Of a stretch of 64,000 nt of DNA, positions 46,098-59,189 are shown piece by piece (within the stretch, counting starts at the first letter, position 1; every line of letters starts with the position of its first letter). The notes under the pieces were generated by a model that saw only the letters and a list, made by a program, of their open reading frames with translations, searched no databases and was not told the DNA's origin. The position numbers were made by a program, and so were the translations under genes. The stretch is from a plasmid, in the sequence record NZ_CP119397.1; one strand, 5' to 3'.

Positions 46098-47144
46098 ATG
46101 AAAACCCAGGGCTATGCAGCACTGAAAGCGGGCGCACCGCTGGTTCCTTTCTCCTTCGAGCGTCGTGCACTGCGTGACAACGATGTCGCCATGGAAATCC
46201 TGTTCTGTGGCGTCTGCCACTCTGACCTGCACCAGGCCCGCAATGACTGGGGTATGGGCAGCTACCCGATGGTACCGGGCCATGAGATCGTCGGCCGCGT
46301 GACTGACATCGGCGCGGGCGTCACCCGCTACAAAGCCGGTGACCTGGTGGCCGTAGGCTGTATGGTCGATTCCTGCCAGACCTGTGACCAGTGCCGTCAG
46401 GGCGAAGAGCAGTTCTGCCGCGAAGGCATGACCCCGACCTACGCCGGTCAGGATCGCATCACCCAGGAAACCACCCAGGGCGGCTACTCCAAGCACCTGG
46501 TGGTGCGTGAAGAGTTCGTGCTCTCCGTGCCGGAGACGCTGGAACTCTCTAAAGTTGCCCCGCTGCTGTGCGCCGGGATCACCACTTACTCCCCGCTGCG
46601 CACCTGGGGCGTTGGCCCCGGCAGCCGCGTCGCCGTGGTTGGCCTGGGCGGCCTCGGCCATATGGCCGTCAAACTGGCAGCCGGTATGGGCGCGACCGTG
46701 ACCGTTGTTGGCCGCAGCGCGGCGAAAGCCGACGATGCCCGCGCGCTGGGTGCTGACCACTACCTGATCTCTACCGATGAGCAGGCGATGCAGGAAGCGT
46801 ACAACAGCTTTGACGTGATCATCGACAGCATCCCGGTGCGCCACGACGTGTCGGTATACATGCCGCTGCTGGATGTGGACGGGACGCTGGTGATGGTTGG
46901 CCAGATTGGCCCAATCGACGAGCAGAACACCATGCCGATGGTGTTTGGCCGCCGTCGCCTGGCCGGCTCCCTGATTGGCGGCATCAAAGAAACCCAGGAA
47001 ATGCTGGATTTCTGTGGCCGTAAAAACATCCTGCCGGAGTGTGAAATCATCAACATCGATCAGATCAACGAAGCCTTCGAGCGCATGGAGCGTTCTGACG
47101 TGCGTTACCGTTTCGTGATCGACATGGCGTCCCTCTCTGCCTGA
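46098..47144 (+). CDS. Zn-dependent NAD(P)-alcohol dehydrogenase (YahK/cinnamyl-ADH type)
   Basis: GVCHSDLH Zn motif, CxxCxxC structural-Zn cluster (CQTCDQC), GLGGLGH Rossmann motif. Confidence 0.85.
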   Translation: MKTQGYAALKAGAPLVPFSFERRALRDNDVAMEILFCGVCHSDLHQARNDWGMGSYPMVPGHEIVGRVTDIGAGVTRYKAGDLVAVGCMVDSCQTCDQCRQGEEQFCREGMTPTYAGQDRITQETTQGGYSKHLVVREEFVLSVPETLELSKVAPLLCAGITTYSPLRTWGVGPGSRVAVVGLGGLGHMAVKLAAGMGATVTVVGRSAAKADDARALGADHYLISTDEQAMQEAYNSFDVIIDSIPVRHDVSVYMPLLDVDGTLVMVGQIGPIDEQNTMPMVFGRRRLAGSLIGGIKETQEMLDFCGRKNILPECEIINIDQINEAFERMERSDVRYRFVIDMASLSA

Positions 47145-47219
47145 TGCGTCACCCTGCCTGATGTCCCACGCTGCGCCCAGGGGCGCAGCGTTCTTTCGCT
47201 TCGTTTTCCCGCTCTCGCT

Positions 47220-47534
47220 CTATTTCATCCATCCGACCAATTGGCCCTCCTTCATCAACGCGACTTTGCCGGAACGGTAAATAATCACCTGGTTCAGCCC
47301 GCCAAAGTAAACCGTAGCCTGCGGCGTCTTCTCATCGATCGCCATCACCACCCCATCCAGCGTTACCCAATTGCCGCCATCTTTTACCACCACTACCCGG
47401 CCAAACCCTTTATAGGTTTTAACCGCCTTTGCGGCGTGGTGTGTGGCCTGCGGATCTTCTTTTGCCATTGCCACATGCTGTTGCGCGCATCCCACCAGCA
47501 GAACGGCAGCCATCATCATTTTACGCATGGTCAT
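47220..47534 (-). CDS. small lipoprotein, unknown function
   Basis: Signal peptide + lipobox MRKMMMAAVLLVGC. 104 aa. Confidence 0.45.
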   Translation of the reverse strand: MTMRKMMMAAVLLVGCAQQHVAMAKEDPQATHHAAKAVKTYKGFGRVVVVKDGGNWVTLDGVVMAIDEKTPQATVYFGGLNQVIIYRSGKVALMKEGQLVGWMK

Positions 47535-47558
47535 TTTCTCGTTGTTATTTACAGGTTA

Positions 47559-47696
47559 TTCAGCGGCGACCACGTAATAGCGCGAGGATGCCGAACATCA
47601 CGATCATGATCACGACCCCTGACAGATGGGCGAAGACAAAGGCAAAGAGGCGGCCAAGTGTCCAGCCAAAACCGCGCAGAAAATAAGCGATAAACA
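47559..47696 (-). CDS. possible 45-aa hydrophobic membrane peptide
   Basis: MFIAYFLRGFGWTLGRLFAFVFAHLSGVVIMIVMFGILALLRGRR. Sits between two co-oriented secreted-protein genes. Below the ORF-track cutoff, and coordinates are approximate. Confidence 0.25.
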
Positions 47697-47714
47697 TGTC
47701 AAAAATCCCGGCAA

Positions 47715-48323
47715 TTAATGATGTCCGTGACCATCAGCATTCATGCCCCCGCCCATCGCACCGGCGTGCGCATTGGCCGCGCCATTGTTCCGGGTGCTGG
47801 ATGCCGTTTCATGGCCCGGTTGGTGATGCTGCCCGCCGTTATGGGCGGTGTTAACGGGCATGGTAATTGCCGGGATATGCGGCACAGCGACTTGCGTCCC
47901 CGGCGGCAGCGCGGCGGCCGTCGTCTGCACCTGAACCCCATTTACAGCGGCACTCACGGGGGTGGTCCCCGGCAGGCTGCCAGCCGCCACATTGATAACC
48001 CCCATGACGCGCTGTTGCTGCATAGCGGCGGCAAGTTTCATGCTGGTCGCGTTGATGACGGCACCCTTACCCACGGCGTTCATTGCCCGTGCGGTTAACT
48101 GCGCAGCAGCGCGCTCATCGGCATAAGCCTGTGCACGCGCTGCCGCAGCGGCATTCAGGCGTTGTTCTGCCTCGCTGCCGTTCACGCCACTGCCAAGCTG
48201 GAAAGCTGCGTGATTATAGGCCGCCTGCGCGGCCGTCACGTTTATCTCAGCATGGCGGGAGTCCAGCGCAGCGCAGGCAGTATTCGTTACAAGCATAGCA
48301 ATGGCGATAAAGGTATTTTTCAT
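47715..48323 (-). CDS. secreted Ala/Gln-rich protein with His-rich C-terminus (possible periplasmic metal-binding protein)
   Basis: Signal peptide MKNTFIAIAMLVTNTACA. C-terminal ...GGQHHQPGHETASS...NAHAGAMGGGMNADGHGHH. Confidence 0.45.
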   Translation of the reverse strand: MKNTFIAIAMLVTNTACAALDSRHAEINVTAAQAAYNHAAFQLGSGVNGSEAEQRLNAAAAARAQAYADERAAAQLTARAMNAVGKGAVINATSMKLAAAMQQQRVMGVINVAAGSLPGTTPVSAAVNGVQVQTTAAALPPGTQVAVPHIPAITMPVNTAHNGGQHHQPGHETASSTRNNGAANAHAGAMGGGMNADGHGHH

Positions 48324-48568
48324 ACGCACTCTTAAATGAAAGATTTCAGCTTCGTTTCCGGCGCGCATCATGCCTTTGTTACCCGGCTTACAAATTGATC
48401 CCGATCATCACTGCCGCGGCTTATATTGAAATTTGTATGAATAAAAAACAGGAATTCATGGCACATATGAAATGGCGGCGGATCATGCCGGGCCGGGGCT
48501 GTCACCTTATTGAAACCGGCTTTTTCTCCAGGGTTGCTACACTTAACCCTTTAACCAAGGAGCCGCGA

Positions 48569-48895
48569 ATGAAATCTGTACGTCTGATTGAAACCCTGCT
48601 GATCGGGGAAGATGAACACCCGACCCATAAATATGAGATTTACGGGTCCGACAGCCAGACCCCGGAATACGCGCTGTTGTTTGAGCGGCAGGCTACCGGC
48701 AGCGGCGGCTGGGTGGAGAGTGAAGAGCGCATCAGCCTGGCGGTTGAACAGGAAAAACAGGAAGCGAGTTCCGTGATGGATTATGGCTACAGTGACAGCG
48801 CCGCCGCGCTGCGCGATCTGGTCAGTGACGCCATCACCCGCTGTGAGGAGCACTGGCAGGAGAGCCAGCACCCGGGGGAGAATGAGCGGCACTAG
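48569..48895 (+). CDS. hypothetical acidic cytoplasmic protein
   Basis: AAGGAG RBS before MKSVRLIETLL. The 5' part of ORF-track entry 48395..48895 lacks an RBS. Confidence 0.4.
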   Translation: MKSVRLIETLLIGEDEHPTHKYEIYGSDSQTPEYALLFERQATGSGGWVESEERISLAVEQEKQEASSVMDYGYSDSAAALRDLVSDAITRCEEHWQESQHPGENERH

Positions 48896-48909
48896 GCCGC
48901 TTTTTCCTT

Positions 48910-49680
48910 TTACCCTTGATACTCCCCGCGCCGCTGCGGGGAAAACGAGTCCGGGGAGTGGGTTAACAATGTCTCCGGGCGGATGCGGTGCAGGTGGTAA
49001 TCCACCTGATAATCGCGGGTATTACGGAACATCACGGAATAATTAAGAAACACGCCGCTGTCGCTATAAGAAAGTGACGTGATCCGCAGCAGCGGTGTGT
49101 GCTCAGGCACATTGAGAAAGCCGGCGAGCTGTTTATCCGCCAGGATCGGCGTCAGGCTTTCATAGTTGCCGCTGATCGTAATGCCGCACTCCTTCTCAAT
49201 ATAATCGAATTTTGACCCCTCCAGATGCACCAGCGACAGGTTCCGGAACAGCTTCACCGGCATGTAACTGTCCTCCAGCATCAGCGGTTTTCCCTCCACT
49301 GAACGTACACGGCGCGAAAAGTAGATCCGCTCGTGAACCTGGATGCGCAGCTGGCTGGCGATGGCGGGCGGCGCGGGCATCAGTTCAAACGCCAGCACCT
49401 TGCTGGACACGTTTTTCCCTTGCTGGCGCATCACCTCCACAAAACCGGTGAGGTTGGTGGTTTCGTGATGGACATCCTTACGCGCCACAAAGGTGCCGCT
49501 GCCGTGACGGCGTACCACTAATCCCCCGCCCACCAGCAAATCAATCGCCTTACGGATGGTCATCCGCGCCACGCCAAACTCCTGCGCCAGGGTTTTCTCG
49601 CCGGGCAGCGGGCTGCCAATATTGTAATCCGACGAATTCAGCCGCAGGCGTAACCGTTCTGCAATGGATTTATAGATCAT
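48910..49680 (-). CDS. GntR/HutC-family transcriptional regulator (wHTH + UTRA)
   Basis: EKTLAQEFGVARMTIRKAIDLLVGGGLVVRRHGSGTFVA HTH, followed by a UTRA-type effector domain. Divergent from the PTS operon. Confidence 0.8.
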   Translation of the reverse strand: MIYKSIAERLRLRLNSSDYNIGSPLPGEKTLAQEFGVARMTIRKAIDLLVGGGLVVRRHGSGTFVARKDVHHETTNLTGFVEVMRQQGKNVSSKVLAFELMPAPPAIASQLRIQVHERIYFSRRVRSVEGKPLMLEDSYMPVKLFRNLSLVHLEGSKFDYIEKECGITISGNYESLTPILADKQLAGFLNVPEHTPLLRITSLSYSDSGVFLNYSVMFRNTRDYQVDYHLHRIRPETLLTHSPDSFSPQRRGEYQG

Positions 49681-49901
49681 CTGTAGATCTCTCTGTGCCA
49701 GTTAACAGGGATAGTGCTGTTGAACATGTCCAGTTTATTGCAGAAAAGTAGACCTGAGCGCGGGAAATAAAACCATGAATGCGATCACGGATCACAGCGG
49801 CGCGCCATGTCGCCGGAACCGCGGCTCTCTATTCTTCAGGTCAGTCAGGATTACTACAAAAACCATTCACCCTACATTTGTTGTTTTATGAGGATGTAAA
49901 A

Positions 49902-52849
<2,948 letters not shown>

Positions 52850-52856
52850 TCCTGCG

Positions 52857-52883
52857 GGCCGGCAGCGTTCTGATACCGGCCCA
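52857..52883. terminator. bidirectional hairpin gggccggcagcgttctgataccggccc
   Basis: Lies between convergent GH4 and tehB genes. Confidence 0.5.
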
Positions 52884-52912
52884 GCGCTTTTCGTCTTTCG
52901 CTGTTGCCTGCC

Positions 52913-53815
52913 TTACCCCCGCCCTTTGCGCGCCAGCAGGGTGGCGAAACGCATTTTAATCCGCTCGCCCTGGGCGTTGGTTTTATGCAGCGCGCCGGGG
53001 TTCTCGTTATATTTCAGGATCTCCCAGCCTGCGTAGGCGTCCCGCAATTCCCCGGTGCGGAAGGTGAACGGGAACGGCATCACACAGGGGTAGTCTTCGC
53101 TGTCCATCGCCGCCACGATCAGGTTATAGCCGCCCGGCACGGTGGCCTGTTGCATCTGCTGTAACAGCGGCGCGATGCTTTCCGGTTGCAGGAACATCAT
53201 CACTACCGTCGACAAAATAAACGCATAGTGCCCTGTTATCACCGCGCCGTTCAGGTCGTGCTGCGCGGTGGTGATGCCGGATAACCCCTCGACGCTGACA
53301 ATCGTGTTCAGGCTGGCCAGGCTTTCGGCGTGTTTGTCCCACCCTTCTACCGTAAAGCCCTGTTGCTGCAAATAGAGCACATTGCGGCCGTTGCCGCAGC
53401 CCACATCCAGCGCCCGGCCCGGCGGGATGATCCCGGCGGCCTCGATCACCTCGGAATGGGGCAGCGTCAGCTGATATTTTTTATGGTAGTAGGCCGCCGG
53501 TTCGCAGTAGAACGCCAGACGGCAGGCGATGTCCGGGCTGAACGCCACAATGCGGTGCCACTGCTGCGGCGCGATGCGCGGCGGCTGGTGTTCCCGGTCA
53601 AAGGTAAAGCGCTGGGTCACGTCGCCCTGTTCAGTCAGCAGGGCAAACTCCAGCGTGCCGTTGAGGATCGTCAGCTGCGCCCAGGTGCCCGGCTGGGTAT
53701 TGTGCGGCTGCTGGAAAGCCGTGGGCAGCGTATCGTGGTGCCACACCGGCAGGGTTTTGTAGCAGACCAGCGTGTCGTCAGAAATCGGGGTGGTGTCGCA
53801 AATTACATCGTGCAT
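52913..53815 (-). CDS. tehB: tellurite-resistance methyltransferase TehB (long form with N-terminal extension)
   Basis: SAM-MTase motif LDVGCGNGRNVLYL. C-terminal half aligns with E. coli TehB. A ~100-aa N-terminal extension is present, as seen in some long TehB homologues as recalled. Confidence 0.7.
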   Translation of the reverse strand: MHDVICDTTPISDDTLVCYKTLPVWHHDTLPTAFQQPHNTQPGTWAQLTILNGTLEFALLTEQGDVTQRFTFDREHQPPRIAPQQWHRIVAFSPDIACRLAFYCEPAAYYHKKYQLTLPHSEVIEAAGIIPPGRALDVGCGNGRNVLYLQQQGFTVEGWDKHAESLASLNTIVSVEGLSGITTAQHDLNGAVITGHYAFILSTVVMMFLQPESIAPLLQQMQQATVPGGYNLIVAAMDSEDYPCVMPFPFTFRTGELRDAYAGWEILKYNENPGALHKTNAQGERIKMRFATLLARKGRG

Positions 53816-54960
53816 ACATGCCTCATGGGATCGGGTAACTGTTTCAATAACAGGAAAGCCTCTTTCATCCGGCCTTCGCTGACCACAAATGCCTGGAGCT
53901 GCTGCTGGTCATCCCTGCCGCAGGCGATAAGCCCGTCACGCCCCGCTTCCACCACCCAGTGCAGATCCGGGGCGGTGGCTTCCCCGGCCAGGTGCAGCGG
54001 CAGGTCCGGGGTTTTCACCTTGATCAGCATCGGCGGCAGGCGCAGGCTGTCCCGTGCGCCGGTGAGGTTTTTCGCAAGCGTCATGGCCGCCAGTTGTGCC
54101 GGTTGCAGGTAGGGCCACAGCCTGCCCTGGATTTCGGCGCAGTCACCCAGCGCAAAAATGGCCGGGTCGGAGGTCGTGAGATGCGCGTCCACCACGATGC
54201 CGTGGCGGGTCTGCAACCCGGCACCCTGCGCCAGCGCGATATTCGGCATCAGGCCGGTGGCGCAGACCACGGCGTCCGCGTGCAGCGTGCGGCCATCAGC
54301 CAGCGTCGCGGTAATCTGATCATCCTGGCGTGCCAGCGCGGCGGCTTCCGCATTGAAATACATCTGCACGCCGCTGCCGATCAGCCGGTGTTGCAGCCGG
54401 GCGCTCACCTCCGGCGGCATCAGCGTGGCGAGCAGGGCGGCGGCGCGATCCACCAGCATCACCTGTTTGCCCGCCCGGTTGAGGTCCATCGCCAGCTCGG
54501 TGCCAATCAGCCCGCCCCCCAGCAGCAGCACCCGCTGCGCGCCCTGCAACTCTGCCTCTGCCCGGCGGTATTCCTGCTGGCTGTTCAGGGTGTGCATCAG
54601 TTCCCGGCCGGGGATCGGCGGTATCCGCGCCTCCGCGCCCAGGGCCAGCACCAGATGACGGTAGGTGAACGTCCCGGCGTCGGTGACCACGCGCTGCGCC
54701 GCCCGGTCGATGCGCGTCACCGGCGTATGCGGGTGCAGCATCAGGTTATGGCTTTCGGCAAACGCCTGGGCAGGCAGGCGGGTAAGGTCCTCTGCCCGCT
54801 GGCGCTGGCTGAACACCTGGCTCAGCTCCGGTTTATGGTATTCATCACAGCTGTCGGCGGCGATTAACCTCAGGCTCAGGCGGCTGTCCAGCCGCCGCAG
54901 GTGTTTGACCAGCTGGCGCGCGGCAAAGCCTGCGCCGATGATAATGATGTCGTCGGTCAT
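53803..54960 (-). CDS. norW: NADH:flavorubredoxin reductase NorW
   Basis: MTDDIIIIGAGFAARQLVKHLR FAD motif. Immediately downstream of norV. Confidence 0.85.
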   Translation of the reverse strand: MTDDIIIIGAGFAARQLVKHLRRLDSRLSLRLIAADSCDEYHKPELSQVFSQRQRAEDLTRLPAQAFAESHNLMLHPHTPVTRIDRAAQRVVTDAGTFTYRHLVLALGAEARIPPIPGRELMHTLNSQQEYRRAEAELQGAQRVLLLGGGLIGTELAMDLNRAGKQVMLVDRAAALLATLMPPEVSARLQHRLIGSGVQMYFNAEAAALARQDDQITATLADGRTLHADAVVCATGLMPNIALAQGAGLQTRHGIVVDAHLTTSDPAIFALGDCAEIQGRLWPYLQPAQLAAMTLAKNLTGARDSLRLPPMLIKVKTPDLPLHLAGEATAPDLHWVVEAGRDGLIACGRDDQQQLQAFVVSEGRMKEAFLLLKQLPDPMRHVCTM

Positions 54961-54963
54961 CGC

Positions 54964-56424
54964 TCAGCCCTCCAGCGGGTCAAACACCGATTTGCCCAGC
55001 CCACACTCCGGGCAGAGAAAATCGTCCGGGACATCAGACCACACCGTGCCCGGCGCCACATTTTGCAGCGGTTCACCGAGCGCCGGGTCGTACACCCACT
55101 GGCAGACGCTGCACTGCATACACTGGCCGCCGGCCGTGCCTTCGCTCTCCGGCGCGGCATTGACCGCCAGATCGGCGGGCGTTGCCGCTTGCGCGCCCTG
55201 AACCGGCGGGGCCTTGACCGGCAGCGGTGACAGCGCCCACTGGCGGGCGATGGTGCGGCCATGCTCACGGCAGATTTCCAGCATATCGCCATCCGGCCGC
55301 CATTTGGCTTTCAGCGCCAGGGTGGTGTCGAACCCGGCATCCATCAACCGGGTCTGGATGCGGTCAACCGCCCCGCCGTTCCAGCCATAACTGCCGAAGG
55401 CGGAGGCTTTTTTGTTGCGGAAACGCAGGCCCGCCATCTCTTCCAGCATCCCCGCCACTTTCGGCATCATCACATTATTCATGGTAGAAGAGCCGACCAG
55501 GATCCCTTTCGAGAGGAACACCTGCGTCAGGATCTCGTTTTTGTCATGCCGCGACACATTATAGATTTTCACCGCCACGCGCGGGTCAGTCTCAATGATG
55601 CCCTGGGCGATCGCGTCCGCCATCATGCGGGTATTGTTGGACATGGTGTCATACAGCAGCGTGATGCGGTCTTCCTGATAATCCGCTGACCAGTTGAGGT
55701 AGTGCTGCACAATCTGTGTGGGGTTATCGCGCCAGACCACGCCGTGCGAGGTGGCAATCATGCTGACCGGCAGGTTAAAGCCGAGGATCTCATTAATTTT
55801 CGGCGTCACCAGCCGGCTGAACGGCGTCAGGATGTTGGCGTAGTAGCGCAGGCACTGCTCGAACAGCTCGTTCTGGTCGACTTCATCGTTAAACAGGTGC
55901 TCATCACAATAGTGCTGGCCGAAGGCGTCATTACTGAACAGCACTGCGTCGCCGGTCAGGTAGGTCATCATGCTGTCCGGCCAGTGCAGCATCGGCGTCT
56001 CGACAAAGATGAGCTGCTTGCCGTTACCGATCGCCAGTGTGTCGCCGGTTTTCACCACATGGAAATTCCACTCCGGGTGATGGTGGTGGCCGTTAATTGA
56101 ATCGATGGCGTTTTCAGTGCAATAGATGGGCGTGTCCGGGATGTGTGCCATCAGCGCCGTCAGCGCGCCGGCGTGATCCTCTTCCGCATGGTTAATCACG
56201 ATGTAATCGATCGTGGCCAGATCAATCTCCTGCATCAGGTTCAGCACAAAATTCCGGCTGAATTTATGGTCGACGGTATCGATCAGGACGTTCTTCTCCT
56301 CGCGGATCAGGTAGCTGTTATAGCTGCTGCCTTTCAACGTCTTGTATTCGGTACCGTGGAAGTCACGCACTTCCCAATCCCGTTGGCCGACCCAGGTGAT
56401 ATTGTTTTTGACGTGGATGCTCAT
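54964..56424 (-). CDS. norV: anaerobic nitric oxide reductase flavorubredoxin NorV
   Basis: [27 protein letters not shown]... flavodiiron core and C-terminal rubredoxin CxxC...CPxC. Confidence 0.9.
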   Translation of the reverse strand: MSIHVKNNITWVGQRDWEVRDFHGTEYKTLKGSSYNSYLIREEKNVLIDTVDHKFSRNFVLNLMQEIDLATIDYIVINHAEEDHAGALTALMAHIPDTPIYCTENAIDSINGHHHHPEWNFHVVKTGDTLAIGNGKQLIFVETPMLHWPDSMMTYLTGDAVLFSNDAFGQHYCDEHLFNDEVDQNELFEQCLRYYANILTPFSRLVTPKINEILGFNLPVSMIATSHGVVWRDNPTQIVQHYLNWSADYQEDRITLLYDTMSNNTRMMADAIAQGIIETDPRVAVKIYNVSRHDKNEILTQVFLSKGILVGSSTMNNVMMPKVAGMLEEMAGLRFRNKKASAFGSYGWNGGAVDRIQTRLMDAGFDTTLALKAKWRPDGDMLEICREHGRTIARQWALSPLPVKAPPVQGAQAATPADLAVNAAPESEGTAGGQCMQCSVCQWVYDPALGEPLQNVAPGTVWSDVPDDFLCPECGLGKSVFDPLEG

Positions 56425-56460
56425 GGAATGTCCTCTTCAGAGTAATCAGTTACCCTGAGA

Positions 56461-56478
56461 TTGCACAGCGCGTGCCAA
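56461..56478 (-). promoter_or_regulatory. sigma54 (-24/-12) promoter for norVW: TTGGCACgcgctGTGCAA on the minus strand
   Basis: GG and GC elements with canonical spacing ~40 nt upstream of the norV ATG. Upstream region 56520..56556 carries GT-N7-AC NorR-type sites (GTaaaaatgAC, GTatttttgAC). Confidence 0.55.
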
Positions 56479-56575
56479 TTTTTATCTTATTGAAATCTAA
56501 ACAATAAAAATAAGTCATTGTAAAAATGACACAGGAGGGATAGTGTATTTTTGACACGGTTATTGTGGAAAAGAC

Positions 56576-58096
56576 ATGATGAAAATGTCCGTTAACGGGC
56601 TGGCCGCGCTGGCGGTTGACATGCAGAACGGGCTGTCCCGGCCCGACCGGTTTGACCGGATGATCGGCAGCCTGCATCAGCTGTTGCAGTGTGATGCCAC
56701 CGCGCTGCTGCGCTTTGAGGGGCAACATTTCCGCCCGCTGGCCACCGCCGGGCTGGCACCGGATGTGATGGGTCGGCGGTTTCAGCTGGCGGCCCATCCC
56801 CGGCTGGAAGCGATTGCCCGCGCCGGGGACGTGGTGCGCTTTCCGGCGGACAGCGACCTCCCCGACCCCTATGACGGGCTGATCCCGGAACAGCAGGATC
56901 TGCACGTTCATGCCTGCGTCGGGTTGCCGCTGTTTTCCGGCCAGAACCTGATTGGGGCGCTGACGCTGGACGGCATGGACGCGCGGCAATTTGATGCCTA
57001 CCGCGATGAGGAGCTGCGCGTGGTGGCCTCGCTGGTGGCCGGGGCGCTCAACAATGCCCTGCTGATGGCGCAACTGGAGAAGCCGGGCCGCCGCCTGACG
57101 GTCGCGGATGACGCGCCGCATGAGGTGGATGACACCGAAATGGTGGGCGATTCTGCCGCCCTGCAACAGTTGCAACGGGAGATGGCGGTGGTGGCGCCCA
57201 CGGATCTGACGGTGCTGATCACCGGCGAGACCGGGGTCGGCAAAGAGCTGGTGGCGCAGGCGCTGCACCGGCACTCGGCCCGGGCGGCGAACCCGCTTAT
57301 CTACCTGAACTGCGCGGCGTTGCCGGAGTCGGTGGCCGAAAGCGAGCTGTTCGGCCACGTCAAAGGGGCGTTTACCGGCGCGATCCACGATCGCACCGGC
57401 AAATTCGAGATGGCCGACGGCGGTACGCTGTTTCTGGATGAGATTGGTGAGCTGTCGCTGCCGTTGCAGGCGAAACTGCTGCGGGTGTTGCAGTACGGCG
57501 ATCTGCAACGCGTCGGGGAAGACCGGCCGCTGCGGGTGGATGTGCGCATCCTGGCCGCCACCAATAAAGATCTGCGGCAGGCAGTGGCGCAGGGCGCGTT
57601 CCGTGCTGACCTCTACCACCGGCTGAGCGTGTTTCCGCTCCAGGTGCCGCCGTTGCGGGAGCGCGGTGATGACATCGTGCTGCTGGCCGGGTATTTCTGT
57701 GAAAAATGCCGGGTAAAATTCGGGCTGCGGCATCTGGCCCTCAGCGCAGCCGCCCGCGCCCGGCTGCGCGCCTATGCCTGGCCAGGCAATATCCGCGAGC
57801 TGGAACACGCCATCTACCGCGCCACGGTGGTCGCGCAGGCGGAAACCAGCGCGGCTGACCTGCTGCTGCTGCCCCACCATATTGCGCTGACGCCGCACAG
57901 CGACGCCCCGCAGGAGGAAATACCGGAAGACCCGCTGCCGCTGCAAAATTTACAGGCCGCCACGCGGGATTTTCAGCGCCGTTACATCCGCCGCGCCCTG
58001 GAGGCCAGCCATAACAACTGGGCCGCCTGCGCCCGTTGCCTGGAGATGGACCCCGGCAACCTGCACCGGCTGGCGAAGAAACTGGGGTTGAAATAG
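56576..58096 (+). CDS. norR: NO-responsive sigma54 activator NorR (GAF-AAA+-HTH)
   Basis: Extended identity to E. coli NorR as recalled ([30 protein letters not shown], ..[22 protein letters not shown]). GAFTGA sigma54-interaction motif. Confidence 0.9.
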   Translation: MMKMSVNGLAALAVDMQNGLSRPDRFDRMIGSLHQLLQCDATALLRFEGQHFRPLATAGLAPDVMGRRFQLAAHPRLEAIARAGDVVRFPADSDLPDPYDGLIPEQQDLHVHACVGLPLFSGQNLIGALTLDGMDARQFDAYRDEELRVVASLVAGALNNALLMAQLEKPGRRLTVADDAPHEVDDTEMVGDSAALQQLQREMAVVAPTDLTVLITGETGVGKELVAQALHRHSARAANPLIYLNCAALPESVAESELFGHVKGAFTGAIHDRTGKFEMADGGTLFLDEIGELSLPLQAKLLRVLQYGDLQRVGEDRPLRVDVRILAATNKDLRQAVAQGAFRADLYHRLSVFPLQVPPLRERGDDIVLLAGYFCEKCRVKFGLRHLALSAAARARLRAYAWPGNIRELEHAIYRATVVAQAETSAADLLLLPHHIALTPHSDAPQEEIPEDPLPLQNLQAATRDFQRRYIRRALEASHNNWAACARCLEMDPGNLHRLAKKLGLK

Positions 58097-58157
58097 GGGC
58101 AGATAAGCGTTTTACGGCGGGGCGGAGCCAGCTGACTCAGCCCCTAGACAGGTTACT

Positions 58158-58457
58158 TCAGAGGCGGTAAATACGGCCTGTGCCGGTCGGCATTTCAACA
58201 CTGAGGCTCAGGGTTCCGCCTAACGCCTCAATATATCGTTTCAGGCTGGCGAGTTTAATCTCTTCCCCGCGCGCTTCAATAGCCGCTATCGCAGGCTGGC
58301 TAATCCCCATCTTTTTCGCCAACTCTGTTTGGGACATCTCCAACTCTTCGCGTAGCTGGCGAAGCCGGATCTCAAGGATTTTCGCATCAGCTTTCTGCTG
58401 GATGCGCGCCTGTGATTCCGGGGAGCGCTTAGCGATTAATTCATTGAGTTTACTCAT
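58158..58457 (-). CDS. HTH (XRE-type) antitoxin of a RelE/HigB-like TA pair
   Basis: LREELEMSQTELAKKMGISQPAIAAIE HTH. 4-nt overlap with the upstream toxin gene. Confidence 0.7.
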   Translation of the reverse strand: MSKLNELIAKRSPESQARIQQKADAKILEIRLRQLREELEMSQTELAKKMGISQPAIAAIEARGEEIKLASLKRYIEALGGTLSLSVEMPTGTGRIYRL

Positions 58458-58846
58458 TTTACTGACTCCGGATAGTGTCTTTTTACGTCGGCGATTTTCA
58501 TTGCCTCAAGATGTTTTCTATACTCTTCTTCCGCGGTTTTTATCATATCTGCGTAAAATCGTTTTTCTTTAAGGCCAGTTTTGTCACCCGCGCATAACAC
58601 AATAGCCTGTCTTTTTGGGTCAAATACAAAGAACGCTCTGACAGGCCGACCGTTACTTTGCACCCTCAGCTCTTTCATGTTGGAAATTGTTGACCCCCTG
58701 ATGTGGTCAACCTCCGGCCTGCCCAGCATCGGTCCAAAATGCTCAAGCACCTTTAAGCCTGCCAACACATCTTCGATCATGTCAGTATCTTGCTCTTCCA
58801 ACCATTCATCAAAGTGTGCTGTGGTATCAACAATCCATCTTCCCAT
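58454..58846 (-). CDS. type II toxin, Gp49/HigB-2-like (RelE/ParE superfamily)
   Basis: 130 aa placed upstream of and overlapping an XRE antitoxin. Block ...RAFFVFDPKRQAIVLCAGDKTG... resembles the Gp49-type addiction-module killer core. Confidence 0.6.
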   Translation of the reverse strand: MGRWIVDTTAHFDEWLEEQDTDMIEDVLAGLKVLEHFGPMLGRPEVDHIRGSTISNMKELRVQSNGRPVRAFFVFDPKRQAIVLCAGDKTGLKEKRFYADMIKTAEEEYRKHLEAMKIADVKRHYPESVK

Positions 58847-58863
58847 CTTACCCGCCTGCTCCT

Positions 58864-58903
58864 ATAAACCATAGTTTATATTATATAACCTGTAGTTTAT
58901 ATA
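58864..58903. promoter_or_regulatory. two palindromic operator-like repeats TATAAACcataGTTTATA and TATATAACctgtaGTTTATATA upstream of the TA operon
   Basis: Inverted repeats in the AT-rich promoter region directly 5' of the toxin gene. Typical autoregulation architecture. Confidence 0.4.
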
Positions 58904-59189
58904 CCGATGTATGTGACCTCGCCCTGATCAAGGTCAGGTTTTAGGTATAGGGTGTGATCAAAAAGAGGAGGGTTTACAAAAGTGCACTTGTGAAGATAGG
59001 CTGGATGTAGCCGCACACAGCGCTTTTTTATTTTTGATTGGCGGAAAAATAAAAACCCCCGCGGCCAAAAGCACACGAGGGTTTTTATTTATGGGCGTAT
59101 TTCCCACAGCAAAATCTGCGCCCGGATCATTACACCTGAACAGGCTTTGCTGTGGGCCAATAAATAATAATGGAGAGAATAAAATTTGG

